NCBI GenBank assembly: GCA_951406725.2
Contig: OX597820.1
Coordinates: 98,766,001-98,830,000, forward strand
Direction of reading: 5' to 3'
Source: Octopus vulgaris
Taxonomy: Eukaryota
DNA: 64,000 bases
Part shown: positions 1 to 11,400 of the stretch, in pieces
How the letters are laid out: the number at the start of each line of letters is the position of its first letter
Position numbering within the stretch: the first letter of the stretch is position 1
Notes under the pieces: model-generated
Told to the model about the DNA's origin: nothing
What the model saw: the letters and a program-made list of their open reading frames with translations, nothing else
Databases searched by the model: none
Position numbers and translations under genes: made by a program

Positions 1-210
1 GCTGCCACACATATATCCTTCCAGCAGCAATCCTATCCAGCCAGAGTTTGCTCAGTATCCAGCAGCTTCACATAATCGTCTGAATTGAGCTAAAGTCCCT
101 AGTCATAGACGTGGGGGTGGTGTGACGTCACCCTCAATAGAGACATATGCGGAAACCATCATAGTTTGGGGAAACTTGGCTTTCATGATATTCATGTCAC
201 GTCCTACAGC
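1..210 (-). mobile_element. Decayed Tc1/mariner (maT/DD37D-like) transposase fragment
   Basis: Minus strand, with frameshifts, reads MKAKFPQTMMV..EGDV..LNSDDYVKLLD..LWLDRIAAGRIYVWQ, homologous to the element at 45397-46293 (HPISIMVFG..VVLPWVKGVATGR). Confidence 0.7.
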
Positions 211-310
211 CTTTACAATGTTCACAGAGCAATAAGCAAGTCATGAAGTCGGCATTTTCATACCCGGTGTAAATCACCATGATACAGTTAACCCTTTTCC
301 AATAGTCAGG

Positions 311-695
311 TGGCTTCCAGTCCCCCATGTCAGCTAACTTATATAACCATAATCTTTCTGCTCCCCAACGCCAAGCTGTTCCTGAGAAAATGAGACATAA
401 AAATCGTCAAATTTAGCCCGAACACCTTGTATACTCCGATTAAACTCGGCTTTCAATATATACTCCGGCAGACAAAAGTTATAATTAACTCAGATGGCTT
501 CTAGTCCTCCATGTCACCTAACTTTTACGCAACTACAACTATGCTCACCAAGCCCATTGAATATTCACAAATACTCCAAGCAATTCTTGATAAAAGGAAA
601 CATTAAAAAATCGTCAAATTTAGCCCAAACACTGTATACTCCGACTAAACTCGGCTTTCAATATATGCTCCGGCAGACAAAAGTTCTAATTAATT
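311..695. repeat. Diverged tandem duplication (~185-200 bp unit)
   Basis: tggcttc(c/t)agtcc..aaaatcgtcaaatttagccc..tgtatactccga(t/c)taaactcggctttcaatatat(a/g)ctccggcagacaaaagtt occurs twice (~311-493 and ~495-695). Confidence 0.85.
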
Positions 696-825
696 TGCTT
701 AGAGATTAAGTAGTTTCCTCTTAATTTTCTCGGAGATTAAATGTGTCCCGGTAATTAACATACATTTCGTTGCAATAAATGTATGTAATAGTTTTCTTGG
801 TTTCACAGAGTCTAGATACGCCAAG

Positions 826-849
826 GGTGGGTGGGTGTGTGTGTGAATG

Positions 850-880
<31 letters not shown>

Positions 881-974
881 GTAGACATTCGTGTGTATAT
901 ACATATATATATATACACACATATATATACGTACATACATACATACATACATACATACAACATACATACATACA

Positions 975-1032
<58 letters not shown>

Positions 1033-1060
1033 TGTATGTATGTATGTATGTATGTATGTA
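826..1060. repeat. Compound microsatellite (TG)n/(TA)n/(CATA)n(TATG)n
   Basis: Directly visible; (CATA)n is followed head-to-head by (TATG)n. Confidence 0.95.
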
Positions 1061-2269
1061 GGGTGGGTACTCGGGTGTTCAGAAAGTACTTACATATTTC
1101 TCTGACATAAATTATACGTCAGTCAGCTTAGGCGTGATTAGCATTAAACGGTATAAAATAACATTTAGATCTAGTTTATCATTTTCTATTCCATCCAGCA
1201 GTGTATCGTCTGTAGTGCGTGTACATTTAAGCTTAACGTCCATTCAAAATATTATCTTCAAAAGTAGCATATTAATAACTGGCTACTATATGAATTTCGA
1301 AACTAGTATAGTAGTGCTACAAACATAACAACGAAAACTATTTGTAGACTATATACTGATGTAGTAACACTCGTAAATGCCAGCCGTGGTATCATCTAAA
1401 GATTAAAAATGGCGATTATCTGTTTGATAAGCCTCGCTCTGGGACACAAATCATTTTGTGTGACGATCTTTTGCGAGAAACACTTGAATCAGGTCTTCGT
1501 TAAAGCGCGTGAGATTTGTCGCATAAACTGAATGAATCATGTTTAACAAATCGACGGCAGATCTCATAAAAATTGCAGAAAAAATACTTGGAAGGGATTT
1601 TGCTTCTTTATGAGATCTTGCACGAGAGCCAAACTCAACGTTCTCCCATTTACTTACAGCATTTACTTGACCAGGAAAAAAAACGAAGTCTCGCTCTTGC
1701 ACTTATTATCTTAATAATTCGTACAGGTTGAATAATATGATAATGGGTTCCCTGCACAGAGGAAAAAAACGAAATGGTCATGGCTGGAATACCTTTGATA
1801 ATTTTGCTCGTTGTCTGTTGACCTGGCAATAAATAATGAAATTGAAAGCAAATACAATGGTGTCATCAGTATGAACAATAAGCTGTAAGCCTCTTAATGG
1901 ACGCAAAAGCTTCTAGAAACAGCTGTCAAATATCCTTTACACTCTACTTACTAGACGTTGCTGCTTTTCTCGGCGCCATTTTTGCTGTTGACGTTGCTTT
2001 TTCTCAGTATTATTTCTTTCATCTTTCTACGGAATTCCCCAGGGAATTTTATGACCAGCTTCATAAATATATGTTTTGGGCTTTTTACATTATTTTTTTC
2101 TTTATTTTTGTTTTGAAAAGTAAAGTAGTGAATAAATTAAAAAGAACGGGATTTCCAGCAACATTTTCCACAGTGTTTTACGAAAAAGATTTGAACATTT
2201 GACATTTGAAAAATACATCGTAAAAAATTTTTGCTTAAGCACACCTAAGCTGGCACTACTAACGAGTCC

Positions 2270-2336
2270 TTATTACCCCCAAGAATTTCATTTTTACACC
2301 CACTTAGGGTAATTTACCTCGGTTCACCGACCCCTG
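2270..2336. mobile_element. hAT-like terminal fragment
   Basis: ttacccc..gggtaatttacctcggttcaccgacccctg; the reverse complement begins CAGGGGTCGGTGAACC, typical of hAT/Charlie-type termini. Confidence 0.45.
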
Positions 2337-2714
2337 GTCTAGTATGTTATAACGGTCTCATTCGATTACGCAATGTAGTGTTATATAGGTTTAAAAAACC
2401 TATCGGAATCGTCATGGCCGAATGCCGTTGATCATGAGATATGTGAAATTAATACTAACCTCGAATTAAACACTAGCAACGACAATAACGGCGAAGGATC
2501 CATGAGGCCACCGTTTTGATCAGCTAGAGATAGTAACTAAATCTCTATTTCGTAAACCTTACGTCGTGAATAAAAAGAATGCATTGGACAGTGTAAATTC
2601 TAAACACAATACCTGAATATAGACGGAACAGTCACGGCTGGAACACGTTTGATCGCAAATCTACTTGATCCAAACTAGCCTGGTGCTAAACAACAACTAC
2701 AGTCTCTGCTGTTA

Positions 2715-3165
2715 GCGAGAAAGTATTTACGCATCGTTTGACCCGAACTGGTCAAAATGCTTTGCGGCGTTTCGGCCCTGTTTACATTATGAGTTCAAAT
2801 TTTGTTGAGGTTGATTTTCCTTTCATCCTTTCGGGCGTCGATAGAATAAGTACCAGTTGTGTACTGGGGTCGACGTAATCGAATATCCCCTCCTCCTAAA
2901 TTATTGGCGTTGTGCCGAAATTTGAAACCATTATTATATTTGTGTTTAAGGCGGAGAGCTGGCAGAATCCGTAGTACTCCGGGTTAAATGCCCAGCAGCG
3001 TTTCATCCGTCTTTACGTTCTGAGTTCAAATTACGCCGAGGTCGACTTTACCTTTTGTCCTTTCGAGGTATATGAAATAAGAACCAATTAAGTGCTGGAG
3101 TCGATGTAAATCAACAAGTCCCCTCTCTCAAAATGCCAGGCCCTGTTCCAATAGTGTAAAGGGTT
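2715..3165 (+). mobile_element. Two diverged SINE family A copies
   Basis: Head aaggcggagagctggcagaa, B-box-like gagttcaaatt and core gtcgacttt..ctttcatcctttcg..taagtacca. Confidence 0.8.
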
Positions 3166-3728
3166 ACTATACTTGTATCTCTTGATATTAAGATTGAAAA
3201 AATCTACCTCATTTGTAAGAAATTATTTTGGACCTGGTTTGTACCCACTAAGCAAATTTCATTATCGCTGTTGTGATTCTGAGCCTATCATATCCAAAAA
3301 AGGACGTTCATATTGTGTAATATACAAGGTGTTCATAACTGGGATGCATTTGATAATAGATGTACAGGATCAGTGCTGAACTGAGCCAAAATAAGAATAT
3401 TTCCAGCGTTTTCTCCACTTTCACCTCTGGCACAACCACTTGTATTCCATCACCACCACCATCAGTACCACACTGCTACCATAACTGCCACTCAACCATT
3501 ACCAATATGTTACCAGATCTAAAGTTAGTATCACTAAAACAATCGCTGGTATATCACCACTAAAAATGGCTGCTGATTTATGCACAAGGCCAACAGCTTT
3601 GAGGGGAAGCGATTAGTTGATACCATTGACTTTTGTTATGTGACTGGCACTATATTTTATCTATCCCGGTGGAGATGAAAGGCACAGTTAACTTTGGATT
3701 GATTTGAACTCATAACGTAAAGAGCCGT

Positions 3729-4290
3729 AAGGCGGCGAGCCGGCAGAAACGTTAGCACGCCGGGTGAAATGCCTAGCGGTATTTTGTCTGCCGTTACGTT
3801 CTGTGTTCAAATTCCGCCGAGGTCGACTTTGCTTTTCATCCTTTCGGGGCCGATAAATTAAGTACCAGTTACGCACTGGGGTCGATATAATCGACTTAAT
3901 CCGTCTAATTGTCCTTGTTTGTCTTCTCTGTGTTTAGCTCCTTGTGGGTAGTAAAGAAATAGGTATTTCGTCTGCCGTTCGTTCTAAGTTCTACCAAAGT
4001 CGACTTTGCCTTTCATCCTTTCGGGGCCGATAAATTAAGTACCAGTTACGCACTGGGGTCGATATAATCGACTTAATCCGTTTGTCTGTCCTTGTTTGTC
4101 CTCTCTGTGTTTAGCTCCTTTTGGGTAGTAAAGAAATAGGTATTTCGTTCTAAGTTCTACCAAAGTCGACTTTGCCTTTCATCCTTTCAGGGTCGATATA
4201 TTAAGTACCAGTTGCGTACTGGGATCGATTTAATCGACTGGCTCCACTTCTCCAAAATTTCGAGCCTTGTGCCTAGAGTAGAAAAGAATG
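3729..4290 (+). mobile_element. SINE family A, tandem trimer
   Basis: Head aaggcggcgagccggcagaaacgttagc followed by three bodies; each long tail ..gtagtaaagaaatag is joined to internal gtatttcgt. Confidence 0.9.
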
Positions 4291-4379
4291 TAAAGAGTCA
4301 TAACAAATGCCACAAGACACTTTTTCTGACGCTCTAATGATTCTTCCAGCTCTTTGCTCTCACCACCGCCACTAAAATT

Positions 4380-4920
4380 AGTTTGAAATTTTGGCTCAAA
4401 GCCATTAATTTTAAGTGGGAGTGGAACAAGTAAATTGCATTGACTCCAGTGCTCAAGTGGCACTTATTTTACCGACCCTGAAAAGATGAACGGCAAAGTC
4501 GATCTCGAAGGAAATTTTATCCGATTTTGCCAGCTCGCCGTTCTCTGCTCTTCGCCCTCCGCCACCATTACTCATTGTCTTTTCTTCTATTGGTACAAGG
4601 CCTGATATTTTGGGAGGATCATAATCGATTACATTGACACCAGTGTTCAACTGGTATTTATTTTATCGATCCCTGGATGAAAGGCTAAGTCAGCCTCGGT
4701 GGAATAATAACAGCATCAACAACACTTAAGATTTCAAATTTTGGCACAAGGGGTGGGGAGTTAATCGACTACATCGGCCTCCAATGTTCAGCTGGTACTT
4801 ATTTTGTCGACCCTGAAAGTTCGGTAGCAAAGATGACATCGGCGGAATTTGAACTCAGGACATAAAGACCAAAGAAACGTCGATAAGCATTTTGTTCGAC
4901 TTAGTAACGGTTTTGCCTGA
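4380..4920 (-). mobile_element. Cluster of three diverged SINE family A fragments
   Basis: Reverse-complement core (ttttatcgaccc..gatgaaaggc..aagtc..ctcgg) recurs three times. Confidence 0.75.
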
Positions 4921-4949
4921 TCACTGTCATCCGCCACTCCACCAGCGAT

Positions 4950-5545
<596 letters not shown>

Positions 5546-5920
5546 TCATTACATTTGTTCTCCGAAATGTCCGATACGTTTCTTTCAATGTTAAAGGTTA
5601 AAATCCGTTCCCAAGGCTAGAACTCTTAATCTGCCATTTCGCTGTATCATCTTCATTAAGTGTTTCTGTAATCCTGTCCGCAAACGTTGATGAATATCCG
5701 TTACTTAACCTTTGTAGCTAAATGAAGATAAACGTTCTCTTCACTCCTCTCTTCTTCTTCTTCTTCTTCTTCTTTTCCTCCTCCTCCCCCCTCTTCCTCC
5801 TTCTTCTTCTTCATTGTTTCTTCCCAGTTACTTCTTCTCGGTTAAGTATCAAACACTAAATGACTAGCACGTTTAATCTGTGATCCAACTAGAGACATTT
5901 CAATTAAAAGATAACAGCAT

Positions 5921-5965
5921 TACTTATTTAAGTCTTCAGCATCTTCGAGACTTTTAGTGAAGAAC
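5921..5965 (-). other. Candidate terminal exon (FFTKSLEDAEDLNK*)
   Basis: Strong pyrimidine tract and acceptor on the minus strand (cctttcctttttctgttgtcttcag) followed by a short open frame ending in TAA; no homology recognised. Confidence 0.25.
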
Positions 5966-6188
5966 TGAAGACAACAGAAAAAGGAAAGGTGTAAAGGAGA
6001 GAGAGAACAATGAGTGAGAACGTATGTGTTTGTCTGTGTGTGTGTGTACGTGTGTGCGTGCGTAAGAGGGAGAGAGAGAAAGAGAAAGTTATACGCATAT
6101 ACACATGTCTGTATATGTGTATATGTGTGTGTATATATATTATATATAGAGAGAGTGGGAGAGAGAAAGAAAGGTTCATATATAAATA

Positions 6189-6564
6189 CGAGCAAAACGC
6201 CACCCGTCCAATGGACGGTGCTGAGTTGTCAAACATTTAAACCAAATTTTCTCAAAACAACTTGTCCGACCGTCCCATAGGCTTCCCCTTTGAGAAACAC
6301 TGATTTAACCTAAATTTGAGACACCAGCAAAAGAAGAAATAAAAATAGACTTTTTTCCTATTCCAAGAAAAACGATTTTACAAATGCACATTCCCACGGC
6401 TTTATCGATCGCATTCTCATCTGAAATCTATTTTTGTAATTTTTTCAAGACTTATACACGCCCTGATATCGTCGGTATCTACATATCAAATTTGAGTGCA
6501 ATCGGATGGAGGATGCCCGAGATCCAAAAGACACACACACAGAGAATGGATTTTATATAATAGA
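6189..6564 (-). mobile_element. Non-autonomous Helitron-like element
   Basis: Minus strand starts TCTATTATATAAAATCC, then a (TG)n tract, and ends with hairpin ccgtccattggacgg followed by ..CTCG (CTRR variant); flanked by A and T. Confidence 0.7.
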
Positions 6565-6582
6565 TATACATACAGATACATA

Positions 6583-6647
<65 letters not shown>

Positions 6648-6654
6648 TATATAA

Positions 6655-7210
6655 GAAACAAGAATACAATTGTTTTCGGTAATTTAGTACAATTGTTTCA
6701 TACTACAACATTTTATTAAAAGCTGTAAATATTATAGCAGATTTAAGATGCCGAGTAATCTTCAGCTAATTTTATATAGGTTTTCCAATAATATAAAGTT
6801 TTCAAATCAATTAATAACATCTTAGGGAAGGTAAATATACAGATAAAGATGTAAATATGAATCTTAGGAACATGAGGTCGTGTAGTTCAGATGCCAACAT
6901 GACCAAAATCTTGTTTACAACTGACTGCTGTAAGAAAATTTCTTTAGTTATAAGGATTGGGGTAAGGGCAGGTAAAGAATTCAAGTTAGTTGAAGAAAAG
7001 ACGAGGAAAATTCAGGATATGTAGAAGAAGAACAGGTTGTCACTAGAACAAAGGGTCAATCTATCTCTGTGGTGACAAAAAAAATTCTTGTCGCTTATTT
7101 TTGATTATAATCACCCCACATATTTTTGTGGGTAACACCATAAAATAATTCTGGTGCATCTAAATTAAGTGCCATATTCATTTGAATCTAAATTGTTGCT
7201 GAACTTATAT
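6655..7210. mobile_element. (TA)n-flanked hammerhead-bearing element with inverted tail (Penelope-like/retrozyme-like relic)
   Basis: Minus-strand hammerhead motif at 6681-6771; 7085-7205 is the family tail in the opposite orientation (matches 62440-62585 and the reverse complement of 7851-7875). Confidence 0.6.
6681..6771 (-). ncRNA. Degenerate type I hammerhead ribozyme
   Basis: aattag-CTGAAGA-ttact..agtat-GAAAC-aatt-GTA-ctaaatt; the first pair of stem II is mismatched. Confidence 0.55.
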
Positions 7211-7225
7211 ATATATATATATATA

Positions 7226-7740
7226 TATAATAGGACAGTCAGTGAGTTCTCAAAATAATACTCAGAGTTTCAAATACCGGAGCAGAAAGGCTCTGGACTT
7301 TTTTTAGAATGTTATGAAAAAAAGAACCTTTGAAGAAAGGGGAGTTACTCTAATAGGCGTGGCAAAAAATTGCAGTGAAAGATGTAAATATATATAATAA
7401 ATTATAAAAATGTACGCAAATGCTAATATATGTGTGCGAGTGTGTACATTTGTACATATATGTGCAAATGCGTGTGTATGTATATATATATGTATATTCA
7501 TACATCTTTATGAGTATGTGGTTGCCTGTATTTTTATAATTTTTTATATATTTTGTATTTTTATTTTTTACTTTATTCCCACGCCTATTAGAGTAACTTC
7601 CCTTTCTTCAACGATTTTTTTTTTCTTCCTAACGTTCTTATGTTAATAATTGATGAAAAATACCTAGAAGCTTTCTGCTCCGGTATTTGAAACTCTGAGT
7701 ATTATTATGACAACTTACTGATTGTCTTATATTATATATT
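7226..7740. mobile_element. (TA)n-flanked fold-back element carrying a hammerhead motif
   Basis: Arms ~7226-7410 and ~7530-7740 are reverse complements (e.g. gagttactctaataggcgtgg / ccacgcctattagagtaact). Confidence 0.8.
7644..7707 (+). ncRNA. Type I hammerhead ribozyme, C3-to-U variant
   Basis: taataa-TTGATGA-a-aaatacc..ggtattt-GAAAC-tctga-GTA-ttatta; stems I and II pair. Confidence 0.6.
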
Positions 7741-7821
7741 TATAGATAAATTCCTCTATTTACATAATATCGAAGTCTCGTTCATTCTTTTGTTGTCATA
7801 TTATTATTATTATTATTATTA

Positions 7822-7852
<31 letters not shown>

Positions 7853-7883
7853 TAATCAAAATAAGCAACAAGAATGACTCCGG

Positions 7884-7976
7884 TAATTTGGTACGATCGT
7901 TTCGTACTACATCATTCTATTAAATGTTGTAAGTATTACAACAGATTTAAGATGCTGAGTACTCATCAGCCAATTA
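7884..7976 (-). ncRNA. Type I hammerhead ribozyme with long stem II
   Basis: aattgg-CTGATGA-gtact[long hairpin incl. tgttgtaa/ttacaaca]agtac-GAAAC-gatc-GTA-ccaaatt; core intact and loop III palindromic. Confidence 0.8.
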
Positions 7977-8062
7977 TAGAGGTTTTCCATTATTACAAAA
8001 ATTTTGAAATCAAGTGGCAACATTATAGAGAAGGTAGATATACAGACAAAATATATATATAC

Positions 8063-8150
<88 letters not shown>

Positions 8151-8159
8151 CATATACTC

Positions 8160-8302
8160 TTTTACTCTATTGTTTCAGTCATTTGACTGTGGCCATGCTG
8201 GAGTACCGCCTTTAGTCGAGCAAATCGACCCCGGGACTTATTCTTTATAAGCCTAGTACTTAATCTATCGGTCATAAACATACCAACATCGGTTGCCAAG
8301 CG

Positions 8303-8305
<3 letters not shown>
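8160..8305 (-). mobile_element. SINE family B 3' fragment
   Basis: tttcagtcatttgactgtggccatgctggagtaccgcctttagtcgagcaaatcgacccc matches the other family B copies. Confidence 0.85.
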
Positions 8306-8336
<31 letters not shown>

Positions 8337-8337
<1 letters not shown>

Positions 8338-8650
8338 GGCGCATGGCTCAGTGATTAGATCGTGAGGTTGTGAGTTCGATTCCCGGACCGGGCTGCGTGT
8401 TGTATTCTTGAGCAAGACACTTTATTTTACGCTGCTCCAGTTCACTCAGCTATAGAAATGAGTTGTAACATCACTGGTGCCAAGCTGTATCGGCCGTTAC
8501 CTTTCCCTTGGATAACTTCGGTGGCGTGGAGAGCGGAGGATATGCATCAGCGACTGCTGGTCTTCTATAAACAGCCTTACCCGGACTTGAACCTTGGAGA
8601 GTAACTTTCTAAGTGCAAATCTCATGGTCTTCCATGACCGAAGGGGGTCT
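8337..8650 (+). mobile_element. tRNA-derived SINE family D (tail Z)
   Basis: A box tggctcagtgattag, B box gagttcgattccc, CORE-like ttgtattcttgagcaagacactt, tail ending catgaccgaagggggtc. Confidence 0.8.
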
Positions 8651-8659
8651 CATATATAT

Positions 8660-9033
8660 TACTCTTTTACTTGTTTCAGTCATTTGACTGCGGCCATGCT
8701 GGAGCACTGCCTTTAGTCGAGCAAGTCTAGTACTTATTCTATCGGTCTCTTTTTTCCCGAACCGCTAAGTTACGGGGACGTAAACACACCAGCAACGGTT
8801 GTCAAGCGATGTTGGTGGGGAGGGGGGCGGGAACAAACACAGACACACAAACATATACACACACATATACATATACATATATACGACGGGCTTCTTTTTC
8901 AGTTTCCGTCTACCAAATCCACTAATAAGGCTTTGGTCGGCCTGGGGCTACAGTAGAAGGTCCCACGCAGTGGGATTGAACCGGGAACCATGTGGCTGGT
9001 AAGCAAGCTACTTACCACACAGCCACTCCTGCG

Positions 9034-9035
<2 letters not shown>
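8660..9035 (-). mobile_element. SINE family B, near full length
   Basis: Reverse complement of aggcgcaggagtggctgtgtggtaagtagcttgc..internal (TA)/(TG) tract..gactgaaacaagtaaaagag. Confidence 0.9.
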
Positions 9036-9083
<48 letters not shown>

Positions 9084-9096
9084 TACATACATACAA

Positions 9097-9132
<36 letters not shown>

Positions 9133-9384
9133 ACGTACGTATATGCACACACACACACGTACGTATATGCACACAAACAATATATCTTTGTGTGTGTGTC
9201 TGCATAGTTATACTTTACGTACAGAGACAGAAAGATTTTTTTAAATAATGCTTAATTGACAGAGGTTGGATAAGTTGTACAGAAAGTATAAGGTTCAGGT
9301 TTTTTGGTAGAATCTAGGTAAAAGTGTTGTGCGCAATCTTACGCCCGCACTAAGTTTATATCGGTCTTTATCGAAGATGATGGC

Positions 9385-9900
9385 GACGACGAGGGGAGGC
9401 GGTGGTGGTGGTGGTGGTGGTGACGGCGGCGGCGGCGCAGGCGGTGGCGAGGGTGGTGACGACGGCGACTGTAACAGCAGCGACGACGAAGACCACCACC
9501 ACCACCGCCGCCACCACAGCCACAACCACCACCACCACCACCACCGCCACCACCGCCACAACCACCACCACCACCACCACCACCGCCACAACCACCACCA
9601 CCACCACCACCACCTCCGCCACAACCACCACCACCACCACCGCCACAACCACCAACACCACCACCGCCACCACCACCGCCACAACCCCCACCACCACCAC
9701 CACCAAAACCACCACCCCCGCCACAACCACCACCACCAACCCGCCACAACCACCACCACCACCACCACCACCACCACCACCACCGCCACAACCACCACCA
9801 CCACCGCCACAACCACCACCGCCACAACCACCACCACCACCACCACCACCGCCACAACCACCGCCACCACCACCACCCCCACCACCACCACCACCACCAC
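9385..9900. repeat. (GGT)n then (CCA)n/(CCGCCACAA)n GC-rich trinucleotide array
   Basis: Directly visible; explains the poly-H/T/P/V/W/G ORFs in the track. Confidence 0.95.
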
Positions 9901-10213
9901 TATCAATATCAAAATGAATGCAACGCTGTAAATTATTACTTTTGACTGGTCACTGATATCATCCAGGTAGAAGAAGCCCACCATAACAACTAACATGTTG
10001 ATAACAACTACAATAGCGGCCACAGCAACAGCACGACTTCACCACCACTACTACTACCGCTACCACAACAACCACCATCAAATACAACATCAACAAGACG
10101 AACAAGGAGGCTAACAATGGCAAACCACTAAATTAATCCCTACCACTGCTTATCTGACATGGTGACAGATATGTTATTAAAAGATCATTAGAAGAAATCT
10201 ATACTATTACTAT

Positions 10214-10248
<35 letters not shown>

Positions 10249-10349
10249 GGAATGGTGATGATATTTTTATTAACCTTATTAGCAAATCAGTTCCTAAATA
10301 TACATTTGCACTCACCCACAGACATATAAACATACATAAATGTATGCAT

Positions 10350-10768
10350 AGGCGCAGGAGTGGCTGTGTGGTAAGTAGCTTGCTAACCAACCACATGGTT
10401 CCGGGTTCAGTCCCACTGCGTGGCACCTTGGGCAAGTGTCTTCTGCTATAGCCTCGGGCCGACCAATGCCTTGTGAGTGGATTTGGTAGACGGAAACTGA
10501 AAGAAGCCCGTCGTATATATGTATATATATATATATGCGTGTGTGAGTTTGTGTGTCTGTGTTTGTCCCCCTAGCATTGCTTGACAACCGATGTTGGTGT
10601 GTTTATGTCCCCGTTGCTTAGCGGTTCGGCAAAAGAGACCGATGGAATAAGTACTGGGCTTACAAAAAGAATAAGTCCCGGGGTCGAGTTGCTCGACTAA
10701 AGGCGGTGCTCCAGCATGGCCGCAGTCAAATGACCGAAACAAGTAAAAGAATAAAAGAATAAAAGAAT
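10350..10768 (+). mobile_element. SINE family B, full length
   Basis: tRNA-like head (tggctgtgtggtaag / gggttcagtccc), CORE-like ccttgggcaagtgtcttc, internal microsatellite and (taaaagaa)n tail. Confidence 0.92.
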
Positions 10769-11082
10769 ATAATTTATGTAGGCAGTGGTGTGCAATGTTT
10801 TACCAAAAAGGCAAACTATAATTGTCATTAAATATCACTGTGTTACAAACACCTACATTGCTAGAAATAAGGGCTAAAACGCTCTGATACTGCAGTCACA
10901 GCACATAGTTGTATAGCTACTAATAGGAACCGTAATCTATATACTTATTGTCATTAAATGTGACTGAGTGTGCCGAAGCACCTATATAGCTAAAAATAAG
11001 ACTTGAAGATTCTTAATGCGGTAAGAAGAGAACAGTGTATATACACTGACAGGGGAGATAACCGCCCGACGACCGTCTCTAG

Positions 11083-11136
11083 AATCACTAGACTAGACTA
11101 GTTTCGCCTATTTCGTAGGCATCATCAGTAGCGACT
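11083..11136 (-). ncRNA. Minimal type I hammerhead ribozyme
   Basis: agtcgcta-CTGATGA-t-gccta(cgaaa)taggc-GAAA-cta(gtc)ta-GTC-tagtgatt: 8-bp stem I with two G-U pairs, 5-bp stem II, short stem III, GUC cleavage triplet. Confidence 0.85.
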
Positions 11137-11149
11137 ACTCAAATTGAAC

Positions 11150-11400
11150 AAACCTTGTTCACTGTGACTTTTGGCTGTTCTCCAAACTGAATGAGAAGGC
11201 AGAGGAGGTTGTGTCAAGGGTTCTGGACACTTCACATTGGAGGACTTCCATTGAGGCCTTCATGAAGTACCTGGAGCTCGACAACAAGTGCACTGAGGTC
11301 AGAGGATCCTTCCTTAAAGGAGTTTAGAGTTTTGTACATCTTTGAAATTATTAAATGCATTTTCTGAAAAAGTTTCAAAATTTCTGGAACGTACTTGGTA
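11150..11400 (+). mobile_element. Mariner transposase C-terminal relic
   Basis: Reads ..HCDFWLFSKL.. and ..NKCTEVRGSF.., matching the mariner DLAPCDFWLF and KCI.RG.Y motifs. Confidence 0.6.

Noticed and set aside
3729-4290. Regularly repeated units resembling a CRISPR array
   Set aside because: Units are ~150-180 bp SINE bodies with no unique spacers and no cas genes; eukaryotic context.
5598-5717. Open frame LQRLSNGYSSTFADRITETLNEDDTAKWQIKSSSLGNGF* on the minus strand
   Set aside because: Weak acceptor in a purine-rich context and phase-incompatible with the 5921-5965 candidate exon.
9295-10023. 242-aa and overlapping 170-200-aa ORFs (poly-H/T/P/V/W)
   Set aside because: Open in nearly all frames because of stop-free CCA/GGT repeats; no domain.
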